From: Leptospira sp.
Lineage (GTDB): Bacteria; Spirochaetota; Leptospiria; Leptospirales; Leptospiraceae
DNA: 64,000 nt
Assembly: GCA_034439575.1 (NCBI GenBank)
Contig: JAWXAQ010000030.1
Span: 32,001 to 96,000, forward strand
Reading direction: 5' to 3'
A program made the position numbers and the translations under genes. Numbering within the stretch: position 1 is the stretch's first letter; each line of letters opens with the position of its first letter. Of this stretch, positions 51,248-62,203 are shown piece after piece. The notes beneath the pieces were generated by a model. It searched no databases. It was not told the origin of the DNA and worked only from the letters and a program-made list of their open reading frames with translations.

Positions 51248-54200
51248 CTAAGGTTCCTCTCCTGAAATCTGCAAAGATTCAATCGGTACTTCCCCGAAAA
51301 CTTCAGGTGAATACATGGCTTCCACACGTGCGCTAGGCAGGGAAAAATTCCCTATTTGGTTCAATTGGATCGTATATTCGATCACATGCTCACCTTGCGG
51401 AAGGTACTCATAAAAACTCCGAAAATGTGTGAAACTTCTCTCCTCAAAACTCGGTCCGTAAGTACTCTCTTGGCGAATCATACCACTAAGAATTTTGGAT
51501 TCTTTGGCCAATCCCTTACCCAAATGAATGGAACCTGAAGGAATCGGATCTTCTACCACCACCCAAGTTTTATCAGAATCAGCAGTTATCTGAAGACGTA
51601 TTTTCAATACATCTCCACGAGTCCATGATCCTGATTTTTTTTGAATGACTGGTATGATAGATCTTTTAATCGAATAACCACTATTTAGTGGTGACTTCAG
51701 AGGAAGTTTACTACGAGCTTGCCAAGATAACCACGGTTTGCCTTTTCCATTGTATGTGATGGAAAGATTTTTTTCTTTCTCTGTAACTGGTAGGGTGAGT
51801 GATGCACCTTCTGGTTTTGTAGGATCAAGTGGAAGTTCTTTTCCTAAATCAAAAACCGTAACCATACCACCCTGAACTTTCTCAGTTTCTAAAATTTTTC
51901 CAATATTTTCGACGGCAAGTATTCCATATGCATTACCGAGAGTGGTATCCCATTTTCCCTTAATTTGTTTTTTTAAGAGCCCTTTGATAATACGAGGCAG
52001 ATCTTTTTTATAAGAATTTTCTTTCAAAGTCCATAGAGTTAATTTTGCCATAGTGTAATCTTCTGATCCCATAATCCACCATGGAGAAGCAAAATTTTTA
52101 TCAGCAATCACAAGTTCTGTTCCTTGTAAATTCAATCTACTTCTCAATACATTGGCTAGACGTGATTTAATTTTATCATCCTTTGGAGGAATCCTAGTTA
52201 CAATTTCCGAAAGATCAATAATAGAAGAAGTGGGTAACAATTCAATATTTGAAAATAAGGAACTAATCATATCCCATTCGATGGTTTCATATCGGTATAA
52301 AGCTTCCGTCACAATTATTTTTCGTAGTACCAAATCGGCACCAAACGTATAATAATCTCCTCTTACGTTTCCAGCAAGGTATCCGCGTAAACCTTCCATC
52401 ATTTTTGTAACTATATCTTCCCGAAGATTATATCCCACGAGTTTACTTGAAGTTAAAATATAAGAAGTCAATATCTCACTTCCATGATCCATTCTTGGAA
52501 AAAATTTCACGAGGCCATTCTCATCCAAATATCCACCTAACTCTTCATCGATTTGTCTCCAATGGTTATTTGATTTAAGTCCAATCGCTTTAGAAACTTT
52601 TTGTTCCATACAATTATATGGATATTTTTGAAAATAATGCTCTACCGAGTTCATATTATTAAGTAATGAAGGCGAAACCGAAATCGTAAATTTACTACTT
52701 CCAGCCACTGCATCTATTGGTGATTTTAAACTTTCTTCAAATTTACCATCTAACTGTTGCAATCCTGCCATATAAACGGATTCTTTTGTCACTTCAGAAA
52801 TATTTTGAAAAGCTGACAATCGATCAAGTATTACACCATTTGGATCGCTTACTTCCAACTCAAATTTTCGAGATAAAGTATCTTTCGGTACTTCTAACTT
52901 CCATAAAACGGGGATACTTGAACTTGCCCCCGCGGAAATTTCTTTTTCTCCAAGGATCATTTCTGGAGACTTTTGTTTTCCACTAGAGCGAGCTACATCC
53001 ACAACTTTCAATTTTAATTTTAGATTTTTAGATTCACTAGAAGCATTGCGTATGGTAAATTCATGTTCTAGTACATCCCCTTCTCTTGCAACAGATGGAA
53101 TGCCAGAAAAAGTTTGGATGTCTTGATTTGTTTGAATGGACGTAGAACCCGTTCCAAATTCATAAACTCCCGAACTAACAACCGCTACAATCTTAAATGA
53201 AGTTAAAGAATCATTGAGTGGAAATTGAAAATTTGCTTTGCCCTCTTTATCTAATGTTAGTTTGCCCTTCCAATAAACTAAAGTATTAAATAGGGATCTT
53301 GTGGGTGATTTACCACCACTTCCCCCGCTTGGTTTCGCCTTTAAACCAAAATGTCGTCTGCCAATGATTTGCGATTGACCAGTCGAGGTAGATACATCAT
53401 GACCTCTTAACCCCATCATAGCATCCAAAAGTTTCCACGTTGGATTTGGTGAAAGTTCGAGTAATGCCTCGTCTACGACGGCGACTAACACCTCACCACC
53501 AGCTTTAGGAACTTTTCCTAAATAATCCTTAACTGCGACACTCGCGGAAACATTTTCTCTCACTTTATACTTTGTTTGAGAAGTATTTACAGAAACTGCC
53601 AATTCGTAAGGTTTCCAACCAACTCGTAATGGTGTGATTCCAAGGCGGAACGAAGGTCTCGCTAAATCAACTAGAGCCGTTGCCTTGGGTTCACCTATTC
53701 TTCCCCTTATGAGTAAGGCAGATAAATATACGTTAGGTGCATATTCTTTTTTTATAGGTATCGTAACAATAGGTTCTTTTCCAGAAACATTATATATGAA
53801 TGAATCAATGATACCTTCCCTTTCCACAGTGACTAATGCTGTTGCTTCTCTGAAAGGTGATCTCAATTGCAATTTTAAAGTTTCACCAATTTCTATATAT
53901 TTTTTTTCTGGTATGATATCCATTCGATTGTGATCTGTAACCTCAAACCACGAATCTTCTGATGAAGCAATATATGCGTTGTAAGTCGAATTTGTTTTAT
54001 ATCCATTTTGATCTTCAGCTTCAGCGCTAAATATTATCTCGCCACTCGCAGGTGCTTTCCCTTCACAAAACAAAATACCTTTATCATTTGTTTTACCTTG
54101 GCAATAGACTCCCAATTCCGTCACTTCTCTGTAATGTTCATAAGCATAATATCCACCAACTAACCTGCGTCTATTGGAATAATACTTTTGCGAATATGCC

Positions 54201-56890
54201 TTAACGGTTATTTTTTGATTCTTTTTTGGTTTATCATTTATATCTAAAGCCAAAATCTGCATTTCCACTTTATTTTGTGAAAACATCCATCCTTTGGGTT
54301 GAATTCCTATATGTAAGTCCGATACAAAAACAGGGAAGCGCCTATAAACTGTTTGTATTTCACCGGATGGATCTAAATATTCCATTTCCACATCTAAAGC
54401 TGAGTCCCCTTTCCATTCTTTGAAGCCATCAAAGGAATAAGAACCAAATCCCTTCTCATCTAAAGTTAATTTATCTGATTTAAAAATTTGTGGATGAGAA
54501 CTTGATTGACTATCTGTATCTTCTTCCGAATATCCACTCACAAGAACTTTACCCGTTTCAATCACTTCCGGATTAAATTGAAAGGCCGCATCATCGTCTT
54601 TAGGTGAATAATAAGCAGGCGATACTTGTCCTCTGATTTGAACTGGAAACAAAGATGCACCGCCTCCAGAAAGATATTGTAAATTTAAATCTACATTTAT
54701 TTTTTTAGGAGATACAAGAGGATTTTTGTTGTCTTTTAATTGTATGCCTCCACGTAACACGGGAAGGCGAAATTCTTCCACTTTGAAATTAGTTACTATA
54801 TTGCCATAACTATCATCTTCTTCAGAAGTGGGATAATATACACGATAATTTCCAAGCCTAGCATTCTTAGGGATTGTAAATTCTGATTCAGTCGTTCCGG
54901 GAAAAGACCAAACTATCGGAAAGGAATACTTTTCGCCCGATCCATCATGTTGGATCATTACTTTTTTGGGATACTTTTTTGGATCAGCGGCCGTAAGCCC
55001 AGATATGGAATGACCTCGCCTAAAGTGTTTTAGGTGAACCGTTTCTCCTGCACGAAAAAGCGTACGATCTAATACGACCGTTTGAATTTCACTTGCATCA
55101 TGATAGGAGTAGGAAGGTAAATTAAATCTCCAAGATTCTATTCCCTGATCCCAGGTGCTTGAGGTAAAAGAAACATCATCACCTTTTTGGGCAAAAACTG
55201 TAAGCCCACTCCCCATTTCATAATACCCACAGTAAGGTATTTCACCACCAGATAATTTACCAAATTTAAAAGTACCTTCTTTTCCAGTAACTCCAGTTAT
55301 GCGCGTTACACCTTTACAATCCACAATTTTTACAATGACACCAGCTTCTGGTTGTGCCTTATCAAGTGAAGTCACCCAAACAAGGCTACTTTCGCCTCCC
55401 CATTTTAGATGAACACTTAAGTTTGTAACAAGGGCACTTGATACAACATACATCTTTCCTTTCTTTTCCAAAAGATTCGCACCGAGAATATCACTGGCCA
55501 ATTCAACGACATAAAACCCTGGTTTTTCTAATGGTATGCCAATCACCTCCATCGGTTTTTTTCCGTTAGGTTTGGGAAGTGTTTGAACACTTGGTATGGA
55601 GGCACCAATGCGAGTACTAAATAAACTTTTTTCTCTCTGATGTTTTGCTAAGGCTAAAAACCACTTTTGAATTTCACTCGGATCGAGAGTACGTTGTGAA
55701 CTTAAACTTACGCTCAAATCTTGTCGAATCATAGGAATTTGTGCTTCTATATTTCTGACAGTGACTGGGATTGCTGGATTTGCATTTAATTCCAAAATGC
55801 CAAATTTTGCCGCGAATTTAGCTAGAGGCGGAAATTCAGCACTTTTCACTGTTAAAGGAAAGTTCCCTATATTTACTAATTTCCTTCCCATATCATCCGT
55901 TATACTGTCTGGTATATGTATAACGAATTCCGAATTTTCAGGAAATGGTCCCGCAAAACTTAAATATGTCGAGCCCTCATCGCCTGGTGTATCTTTTGAA
56001 TAATCAGATTCAAATATACTTCCATCTTTAGATTTTAATGTTATTTTTTTTAAATATTCTTTGGAAACATTGGAAGTAAAATGCATTCGAAATGGGAGCA
56101 TAGGTATACAATCCGATTTTGCATTCACTCTTTCGCAGGAAAAACTGACTGAAAACGGTGAACGTACTGTATAATTATGTATCTCATCTTCTGTAATCTC
56201 ACCACCTAGCACAGCTTTGATTCCTTTGCCCCATATCAATTGAATATTTTTTTGAGGAAGAAAAGTCTGCTTCGCCCGAAGGAGCAAAATATTCTTAGTA
56301 TCTTCCCTTTCTTGCGTTTTCAAAATAGTCCTTCGTTCTTTGCCATCAACTATCTGAACAGGGATCTTGTTGTTTAATTCTGCAATTGAAAAAAAAGCAA
56401 ACTTTTTGACTGAATCTAAATCTGCTTCAGCATCTAAATCCAAAATAAAAATTTGGTCTTCATCGATCACGTTACCAGAATAAGGTGAAGAATACCTTAT
56501 AGAGGGCCCGCCTGTATTGAAACTAAAAGATCTATCGCCTGTTAATATATTTCCCTTTAATGACTTAATCTCTGCATTGATATCAAATTTACAAATCACC
56601 CCACCTGGAAGCTCTGTTTCGAATTCATATACCCAGGTCGATGAATCAATCCATCTCGGTATACCAGGGAATGGACAATTTATTTTAAATAAATCAGACT
56701 TTGGTCTAGGGTCGCCTAATGCCACGATAGGTTCAGAAAATCGAACTTGAACTTGTTTTACCTGTTTGATTTGGTTTTGAGGTGAAAAAAATTCAATAAA
56801 GAGCGCGTTTGATTGCGAATAGAAATCAGATTGGAAACAAATCAAACATAGTATAAATAGAAAACTGGTGGACCTAAAGATTTGGAACAT
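51248..56890 (-). CDS. Bacterial alpha-2-macroglobulin family protein
   Basis: DRTLFRAGETV, FKVEEF, AVVDEA, thioester PYNCMEQ, ARVEAMYSPE. Likely start is ATG 56890; the track's start overlaps the upstream gene. Confidence 0.9.
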   Translation of the reverse strand: MFQIFRSTSFLFILCLICFQSDFYSQSNALFIEFFSPQNQIKQVKQVQVRFSEPIVALGDPRPKSDLFKINCPFPGIPRWIDSSTWVYEFETELPGGVICKFDINAEIKSLKGNILTGDRSFSFNTGGPSIRYSSPYSGNVIDEDQIFILDLDAEADLDSVKKFAFFSIAELNNKIPVQIVDGKERRTILKTQEREDTKNILLLRAKQTFLPQKNIQLIWGKGIKAVLGGEITEDEIHNYTVRSPFSVSFSCERVNAKSDCIPMLPFRMHFTSNVSKEYLKKITLKSKDGSIFESDYSKDTPGDEGSTYLSFAGPFPENSEFVIHIPDSITDDMGRKLVNIGNFPLTVKSAEFPPLAKFAAKFGILELNANPAIPVTVRNIEAQIPMIRQDLSVSLSSQRTLDPSEIQKWFLALAKHQREKSLFSTRIGASIPSVQTLPKPNGKKPMEVIGIPLEKPGFYVVELASDILGANLLEKKGKMYVVSSALVTNLSVHLKWGGESSLVWVTSLDKAQPEAGVIVKIVDCKGVTRITGVTGKEGTFKFGKLSGGEIPYCGYYEMGSGLTVFAQKGDDVSFTSSTWDQGIESWRFNLPSYSYHDASEIQTVVLDRTLFRAGETVHLKHFRRGHSISGLTAADPKKYPKKVMIQHDGSGEKYSFPIVWSFPGTTESEFTIPKNARLGNYRVYYPTSEEDDSYGNIVTNFKVEEFRLPVLRGGIQLKDNKNPLVSPKKINVDLNLQYLSGGGASLFPVQIRGQVSPAYYSPKDDDAAFQFNPEVIETGKVLVSGYSEEDTDSQSSSHPQIFKSDKLTLDEKGFGSYSFDGFKEWKGDSALDVEMEYLDPSGEIQTVYRRFPVFVSDLHIGIQPKGWMFSQNKVEMQILALDINDKPKKNQKITVKAYSQKYYSNRRRLVGGYYAYEHYREVTELGVYCQGKTNDKGILFCEGKAPASGEIIFSAEAEDQNGYKTNSTYNAYIASSEDSWFEVTDHNRMDIIPEKKYIEIGETLKLQLRSPFREATALVTVEREGIIDSFIYNVSGKEPIVTIPIKKEYAPNVYLSALLIRGRIGEPKATALVDLARPSFRLGITPLRVGWKPYELAVSVNTSQTKYKVRENVSASVAVKDYLGKVPKAGGEVLVAVVDEALLELSPNPTWKLLDAMMGLRGHDVSTSTGQSQIIGRRHFGLKAKPSGGSGGKSPTRSLFNTLVYWKGKLTLDKEGKANFQFPLNDSLTSFKIVAVVSSGVYEFGTGSTSIQTNQDIQTFSGIPSVAREGDVLEHEFTIRNASSESKNLKLKLKVVDVARSSGKQKSPEMILGEKEISAGASSSIPVLWKLEVPKDTLSRKFELEVSDPNGVILDRLSAFQNISEVTKESVYMAGLQQLDGKFEESLKSPIDAVAGSSKFTISVSPSLLNNMNSVEHYFQKYPYNCMEQKVSKAIGLKSNNHWRQIDEELGGYLDENGLVKFFPRMDHGSEILTSYILTSSKLVGYNLREDIVTKMMEGLRGYLAGNVRGDYYTFGADLVLRKIIVTEALYRYETIEWDMISSLFSNIELLPTSSIIDLSEIVTRIPPKDDKIKSRLANVLRSRLNLQGTELVIADKNFASPWWIMGSEDYTMAKLTLWTLKENSYKKDLPRIIKGLLKKQIKGKWDTTLGNAYGILAVENIGKILETEKVQGGMVTVFDLGKELPLDPTKPEGASLTLPVTEKEKNLSITYNGKGKPWLSWQARSKLPLKSPLNSGYSIKRSIIPVIQKKSGSWTRGDVLKIRLQITADSDKTWVVVEDPIPSGSIHLGKGLAKESKILSGMIRQESTYGPSFEERSFTHFRSFYEYLPQGEHVIEYTIQLNQIGNFSLPSARVEAMYSPEVFGEVPIESLQISGEEP

Positions 56891-56960
56891 ATCTCGGATG
56901 AGTTTAAAATCCAGGACTTTGTTTGGGAATGAAAAAAATTTAAATATTAAAACGTCCTGA

Positions 56961-57770
56961 TCAATATAGTCCTTCGACTTTCCTATATAAAGCCAAATAC
57001 GACCAAAGAATAGCCACAAACAAAATAAAGCCCAATGAATAAACGCCCTTCTTCTGAATTTCCTCTTCTCCTCCCGCCCGCCAGACAAGAAAAATTGCAT
57101 TTTCTTTGGGAATATCGCCCACTACATTTCTTTTTTCAGAATCCCAAATCGATTCACGTAAAACGCTTCCCCCTCTTGCTTCATTTACAAAATCGCAATT
57201 TTCTTCAGGTTTCGCATAACATAGTGCATACAATTCAAAATTTTTGTTTGGTGAAACGCTAGATAGAATAGGAACAAATCGAAATTTTAAAACTGGTCCA
57301 TAATACTTGGATTGCCCTCTGGCTCTTACCGCGATAGGTGCTAAAAAACTTCCGCCTTTATCTTCATTCAATATAAAATCTTTTAAAAAGATATATTTGT
57401 AATGTGAATGTTTCACAACCTCTTCTGGAATCATATTTTTGATAGCAGTAACTTGTGTTATATATCCGACGAAATCTCCCAAAAATAAAATAGAAATCCC
57501 ACCGCAGAAGAGTGACAGAAAAACTGAAATTAAGATATAGTAACCAAATTTTGATATAAACGAAATTCCTATAAGTAAAAGAGGTAAAAATAATACCATC
57601 AAAGCCCAAATGGAAATAGATACTGGTAAATAGGCACCAAATGGTAAAAGTGCTATGGTAAATCCAAAAATCATAATTAGCCCGTAAACTAACATCAATT
57701 TGTTTGAAAAATTTGGATTCGGACGATTTGGGCGTCTTCTCGGTTGTGATTCAATAAATCCGAGTGTCAT
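56961..57770 (-). CDS. Hypothetical membrane protein
   Basis: 3 N-terminal TMs, a soluble domain, and a C-terminal TM. Confidence 0.6.
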   Translation of the reverse strand: MTLGFIESQPRRRPNRPNPNFSNKLMLVYGLIMIFGFTIALLPFGAYLPVSISIWALMVLFLPLLLIGISFISKFGYYILISVFLSLFCGGISILFLGDFVGYITQVTAIKNMIPEEVVKHSHYKYIFLKDFILNEDKGGSFLAPIAVRARGQSKYYGPVLKFRFVPILSSVSPNKNFELYALCYAKPEENCDFVNEARGGSVLRESIWDSEKRNVVGDIPKENAIFLVWRAGGEEEIQKKGVYSLGFILFVAILWSYLALYRKVEGLY

Positions 57771-57771
57771 A

Positions 57772-58890
57772 TCAATAATCTCTTACTTTAAAATCTTTGC
57801 GAATCATCTGCCAATAATTTTCACCCTTCGATTTTTCTGATTCCGGATATGATAAGGCCAACATAAATCCCAATGGTGCTTTATAAAAATAATATTCCTT
57901 CATTAAATAATATATTAAATTTCCTGTTTCGTCTACTACTTTGAAGCGACTCGTATAATCTCCATTTTCCTCCAAACGCACAAAAGATTTTTGAAACATC
58001 GTTCTAGCATTTAATCCCCTTTCGCTATCCCAAAATCTAAAATAATCTTTTTTGGTTCTTAATCTTGGAATTTCATCGAAGGTCGATCCGATTGAAAATA
58101 GAATCTTAGAGGGAGCTTTACTTGTTAAACCAGCCTCTTGTAAAATTTTTGCCTCGTCCATTTCATCCCAATTTTCTGGTCTAAGTGGGGTTAAAAATTC
58201 AACAAATCGAACAAGTCTCATTATCGTTTTGTTTTCATAACGAAACTTTCCAGCTTGATTGCGAAATAAACCTTCATAACGAAGATTAGCTGGAATTTTG
58301 ATTTGGTATCTAAAAGTTTCAGATTCTAAATATAAATCCTGAATTTCTTTACTGTTTCCCTCGTAACAACCATATGGTTCTGTATGCACGTCAATTAAAC
58401 CTGGTTTGTGATCTAATTTACTCACCAATTTACTAACTAATTCATTTGCTTTATTTGCCCAATTGGGTGAAAAGAGTGGTTCTTTTTTGGCATGAAGCCT
58501 CTGACAAAGTCCTATTCCTTTACCAAGAAATAATGCGTCCAAGTCTCGCCTTGCCTCTATTAAAGCTTCCATTTCATAAGTGGCCAAATCTCCATCATCC
58601 AGTATTGGAAATTCTCTATGATAATCATTATCTATCGCATACGTAATTTTCATGGAAGGAAAAACATGATAGTTTCTTCCGAAAGCATCTTGATGGTATT
58701 CTATTTTGCGAGTCTCTTTGGATGAGGATATAAATCGGTGATAACTTCTTTTTTCTTCTTCCAAAGCATCTTTGATCCAAGATTTTTCAAGAAGTGGATC
58801 TACAATTAATTTCTCCTCGGAAAATAAAAAGACATTAGAGAAAAAAAGAAGCATAATTGCAATTCGCAAAAACACATCTTTTTTTTTCAA
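57772..58890 (-). CDS. Hypothetical exported protein
   Basis: 372-aa ORF with signal peptide; TTG start 3 bp after the upstream stop. Confidence 0.6.
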   Translation of the reverse strand: MKKKDVFLRIAIMLLFFSNVFLFSEEKLIVDPLLEKSWIKDALEEEKRSYHRFISSSKETRKIEYHQDAFGRNYHVFPSMKITYAIDNDYHREFPILDDGDLATYEMEALIEARRDLDALFLGKGIGLCQRLHAKKEPLFSPNWANKANELVSKLVSKLDHKPGLIDVHTEPYGCYEGNSKEIQDLYLESETFRYQIKIPANLRYEGLFRNQAGKFRYENKTIMRLVRFVEFLTPLRPENWDEMDEAKILQEAGLTSKAPSKILFSIGSTFDEIPRLRTKKDYFRFWDSERGLNARTMFQKSFVRLEENGDYTSRFKVVDETGNLIYYLMKEYYFYKAPLGFMLALSYPESEKSKGENYWQMIRKDFKVRDY

Positions 58891-58893
58891 AAT

Positions 58894-60393
58894 TTATACC
58901 TTGTATTTCGTTTGGATAAAGTTAAGTGCCATAGTAAAAATACGCGTAAATTCTTTCCTATGATCTTCATTGTTCACTCGAGAGAGTATACCTTTTAAAG
59001 TATTTTGCACCAAGTTATAGTTAGGCACATCAAAAAATGCTTTTTGGATATGTGGCCAAGCCATTCGCACCAAATTTACAAATTCAGGGCTCCCTTTTTT
59101 AAGTTCCACTATGGCCCGATCTAAGGTCATTTTAACCCATTGAAAATTTTTTAATTTCTGTAACAACATAACGAGCGTTTCTTTTTGGAATTGAGTTTTG
59201 TTTGTGATTCCTTCAAAAATTTGATCCCAACTAACAGGTTCTCCTTTTTGTTCTTTCATTAAACTGGTTCTAATTGAAATTAAAGTTTTTTCAAATTCCC
59301 CCTGTCCTCTTAACCAATTCTGGTAACCGACCTGGTCTGCTTTTTGTTGGAATCCAGAAATCATGGAGGAAAGATCAAAAAATTCTTTTAAGGTGTAGGA
59401 AGTAACCGTGGAGAGATAAGGGTCGGCAGGGATGGTCTCTTCTTCTTCCTCCATTTCTGGTGAGATATCGAGCATTTGATCAAATTCATCTGGCTCGGTT
59501 TCTGCGAGTGATGAATTATTTTCTTCGGACTCCCCGTCAAATTCTAAATCTTCTATTTCATAATCATCTTTTGGTGCGGAGGGAGAATTTGTTGGTTCTT
59601 CGATTTGTGATTCCGATACCGGTGGACCAATTTGAATGTCTAATTTTTCACCAGTGAGTGAATCGCCAAATGCTTCTACGATTTCAACTAATATGGATTT
59701 TTCTTTTTCACGAACAGCTGTTTGTTTTTTTACAGGCTCAGGCGGTGCATTCGCTTGTGTGAGAGCGGCAGTCAAGGATGTTGGTGGTGCTTTATCTGAT
59801 GGTGAATTTGAAATGGCAAGAGCTGCCTTCGCTGATTCTGCCATCAATCCTTGTGGTTCTATGATCTCGCCAGTTTTTGTATTTTCTAAAACAATCAATA
59901 TTCCATTTTGCACAAAACGATGGTCAGGTGGAAAAACGAATCCCAATCTCTCAATGATTTCTTCTGTGATACGATCAAAGTGAACTTCTGGACTTTTGTC
60001 CAATTTTTCTAATTCTTGGGCTTTTAACTTTTCTTTAACTTTTCCAAGTACATCTATAAAATTTGTATTTAAGTATGCTGAAATTTCACTTTGCGGAACA
60101 CCTAACATAGTCGCGAACTGCGGGAGGTGTTCAAAAAAATGATCCGTTTTTTTGACATTAGCCGTCATATAGGCTTTCGTAGATTTTACGATCGCATCGA
60201 TTTGAGCTTGGTCTAGTTTTTTGGCCTTTAAAATCTTTTTAAATAAATCAATGTGGGCATGAAAATAAGAGAGGAACTCGCCATAGGGAGTAAATTCATA
60301 CTCTCCTTGCCCTCGCTTTTCTAGAACTTTTTTTGAAGTGTCTGACATATTTGGGAATCTGTTCAAGACCATATTGAATTTTTCAAAGGTCAA
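58894..60393 (-). CDS. Hypothetical cytoplasmic protein with an acidic low-complexity linker
   Basis: 499-aa ORF with an E/D/P-rich middle; the true start may be a downstream Met (MSDTSKK). Confidence 0.65.
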   Translation of the reverse strand: MTFEKFNMVLNRFPNMSDTSKKVLEKRGQGEYEFTPYGEFLSYFHAHIDLFKKILKAKKLDQAQIDAIVKSTKAYMTANVKKTDHFFEHLPQFATMLGVPQSEISAYLNTNFIDVLGKVKEKLKAQELEKLDKSPEVHFDRITEEIIERLGFVFPPDHRFVQNGILIVLENTKTGEIIEPQGLMAESAKAALAISNSPSDKAPPTSLTAALTQANAPPEPVKKQTAVREKEKSILVEIVEAFGDSLTGEKLDIQIGPPVSESQIEEPTNSPSAPKDDYEIEDLEFDGESEENNSSLAETEPDEFDQMLDISPEMEEEEETIPADPYLSTVTSYTLKEFFDLSSMISGFQQKADQVGYQNWLRGQGEFEKTLISIRTSLMKEQKGEPVSWDQIFEGITNKTQFQKETLVMLLQKLKNFQWVKMTLDRAIVELKKGSPEFVNLVRMAWPHIQKAFFDVPNYNLVQNTLKGILSRVNNEDHRKEFTRIFTMALNFIQTKYKV

Positions 60394-60443
60394 GAGATTT
60401 ACGTAAGGATTGACGAAAACAATACGAGCATAAGTCTAGAGAT

Positions 60444-60713
60444 ATGAAAGCTTTGCTTAAATTAATTATTTTGTCTAGCTTGGTATTCACCTTTTCTCAG
60501 TGCCAAAAAAGAGAAGACAAAACGATCCAAAGAAACCTTCTCACCTTCGTTGTCGGTTGCACTGGTGGTTCTCTTAGTGCTTGCCAAGCAAATTGTGCTA
60601 CAACTTACCCTGATGTAACGGGCGAAAATTATCCAAATGTTTCTACTTGTAATTCAAATTGCTCAAATTACTGCAGTTTGACAAATCTTTACCTACTAAT
60701 TTCAAATAAGTAA
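60444..60713 (+). CDS. Small Cys-rich lipoprotein
   Basis: Lipobox FSQC; CQANC and CNSNCSNYC. Confidence 0.65.
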   Translation: MKALLKLIILSSLVFTFSQCQKREDKTIQRNLLTFVVGCTGGSLSACQANCATTYPDVTGENYPNVSTCNSNCSNYCSLTNLYLLISNK

Positions 60714-60732
60714 TAGATAACTGGACAAATAG

Positions 60733-61413
60733 CTATAAGCCGTATGCAAGTAAAGATGCGGCAACGATCCCTGCTGTTTCCGTTCGTAAAATTCCCCCTT
60801 CTAATTTCGCTCCTTGGACTTTACACTCATTCATTAAGTGAATTTCATCTTTATGAAATCCACCTTCTGGACCAATCAATGGAATCTTTTCTCTAAGCAT
60901 TGTTAATTCAAACTTCGTTTCCGAATGGGGATCAAATAAAAATAAATTCTCTTTTTCTCTACTTAGCAATTCGTTCAGTGTAAGTATTTCAAACTCTGCC
61001 AGGATTGTTTGTTTTGATTGAATCGCCGCTTCGGAAATAATTTTTTTGGCTCTATCTTGATTAAAATCTTTTCGAATCGAATGTTGGAATAGACAAAATA
61101 TGATTTTAGTTATGCCGATTTCGGTAGCTTTTTGGATAAAATAATCTAAACGATTTCCTTTCGGAAGTGCAATAGCAATCGTTAGCCGATTCTCTTTTTT
61201 TGGTAAATCAATTTGAGAAATAAAATCTAATTCTTTCTTTTTGGGAGAATATTGATAAAGATATGATTTACCAATTCCATCTCTAATTTCGATTAGGTGA
61301 TTTTCAAAACCTAACCTTCTTGCTTTTAGGTGAGAGTATTCATCACTAGTAAGTTGGATAGATTTTTCTGGTATAAATCCTTCTCTAAATAGAAGGAGAT
61401 CACCTTCATTCAT
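60733..61413 (-). CDS. rsmE: 16S rRNA m3U1498 methyltransferase RsmE
   Basis: QKATEIG, EAAIQS, IGPEGGF, ILRTETA. Confidence 0.92.
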   Translation of the reverse strand: MNEGDLLLFREGFIPEKSIQLTSDEYSHLKARRLGFENHLIEIRDGIGKSYLYQYSPKKKELDFISQIDLPKKENRLTIAIALPKGNRLDYFIQKATEIGITKIIFCLFQHSIRKDFNQDRAKKIISEAAIQSKQTILAEFEILTLNELLSREKENLFLFDPHSETKFELTMLREKIPLIGPEGGFHKDEIHLMNECKVQGAKLEGGILRTETAGIVAASLLAYGL

Positions 61414-62195
61414 CTACCTAAATTATCAACGGCAAAAAGAGAAGCATCAGGTGTGACTGATTTATCTACTTCCTGAATTTCCCAAACTGTGATACTACCA
61501 GTATTCAAATCTAACATTTCCCAACGAGATGCCTTATCCACATCTTCTACTTTGGCGCCTTCTTTAATTTTGATACTGCCATATTTTAAGTTGAGGGACT
61601 TAAATAAAATACCATCCCTGTCATGAAAATCTATTCGCGTTGGTTTTAGATCTTTTTTACTAACAAGTAAAACTAATTTTTTATAGAAGTATGGTAAAAT
61701 TGGTTTAAGGGCAATGCGATAGTACATCTCACCCGCTATTTCTAGATCTGCATTGACAACTGGATTGTAATTTGCCTGATACGAATATCCAGATAGGTCC
61801 ACGTAGAAAAATCCCGTACCCATAAGAGCTTCATACTTTTCATCATCTGTTTTGCGAAATAGTTTCGCAGACAGTACATTAAAGAAAAAAACATTTTCAC
61901 CCTCGTCTTTAGTGAGAAGTTTTGCTTCTAATCCTCGCCCCTTTCTATCAAATAAATAAAGAGCATCTTCTCCGTTAAAAAACCGATTGATCTTCCAAGT
62001 TTCAGATTGCCCATTCCTTCGAATGAGAGTGTAAGTGCCCTTAACCAAACCTTTACCAAAATCCAGTTCTTTGTCCAAACGAGCGAGTAACTCTTGTGCG
62101 GAAAGAGTCGTATCTGGTGCTTGTGCCGATACAGAATTAGAAAAAATGAATAGTGAGAAAATCATCACCAAACGTAGAGTATTTATTTTTCGCAT
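61410..62195 (-). CDS. Outer-membrane lipoprotein-sorting (LolA-like) protein
   Basis: Signal peptide; MGTGFFYVDL motif and LolA-like beta pattern ending PDASLF. Confidence 0.65.
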   Translation of the reverse strand: MRKINTLRLVMIFSLFIFSNSVSAQAPDTTLSAQELLARLDKELDFGKGLVKGTYTLIRRNGQSETWKINRFFNGEDALYLFDRKGRGLEAKLLTKDEGENVFFFNVLSAKLFRKTDDEKYEALMGTGFFYVDLSGYSYQANYNPVVNADLEIAGEMYYRIALKPILPYFYKKLVLLVSKKDLKPTRIDFHDRDGILFKSLNLKYGSIKIKEGAKVEDVDKASRWEMLDLNTGSITVWEIQEVDKSVTPDASLFAVDNLGR

Positions 62196-62203
62196 ATTGT
62201 TTG

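Noticed and set aside
56891-57100. N-terminal extension of alpha-2-macroglobulin
   Set aside because: It overlaps the upstream membrane-protein gene; a signal-like sequence starts at ATG 56890.
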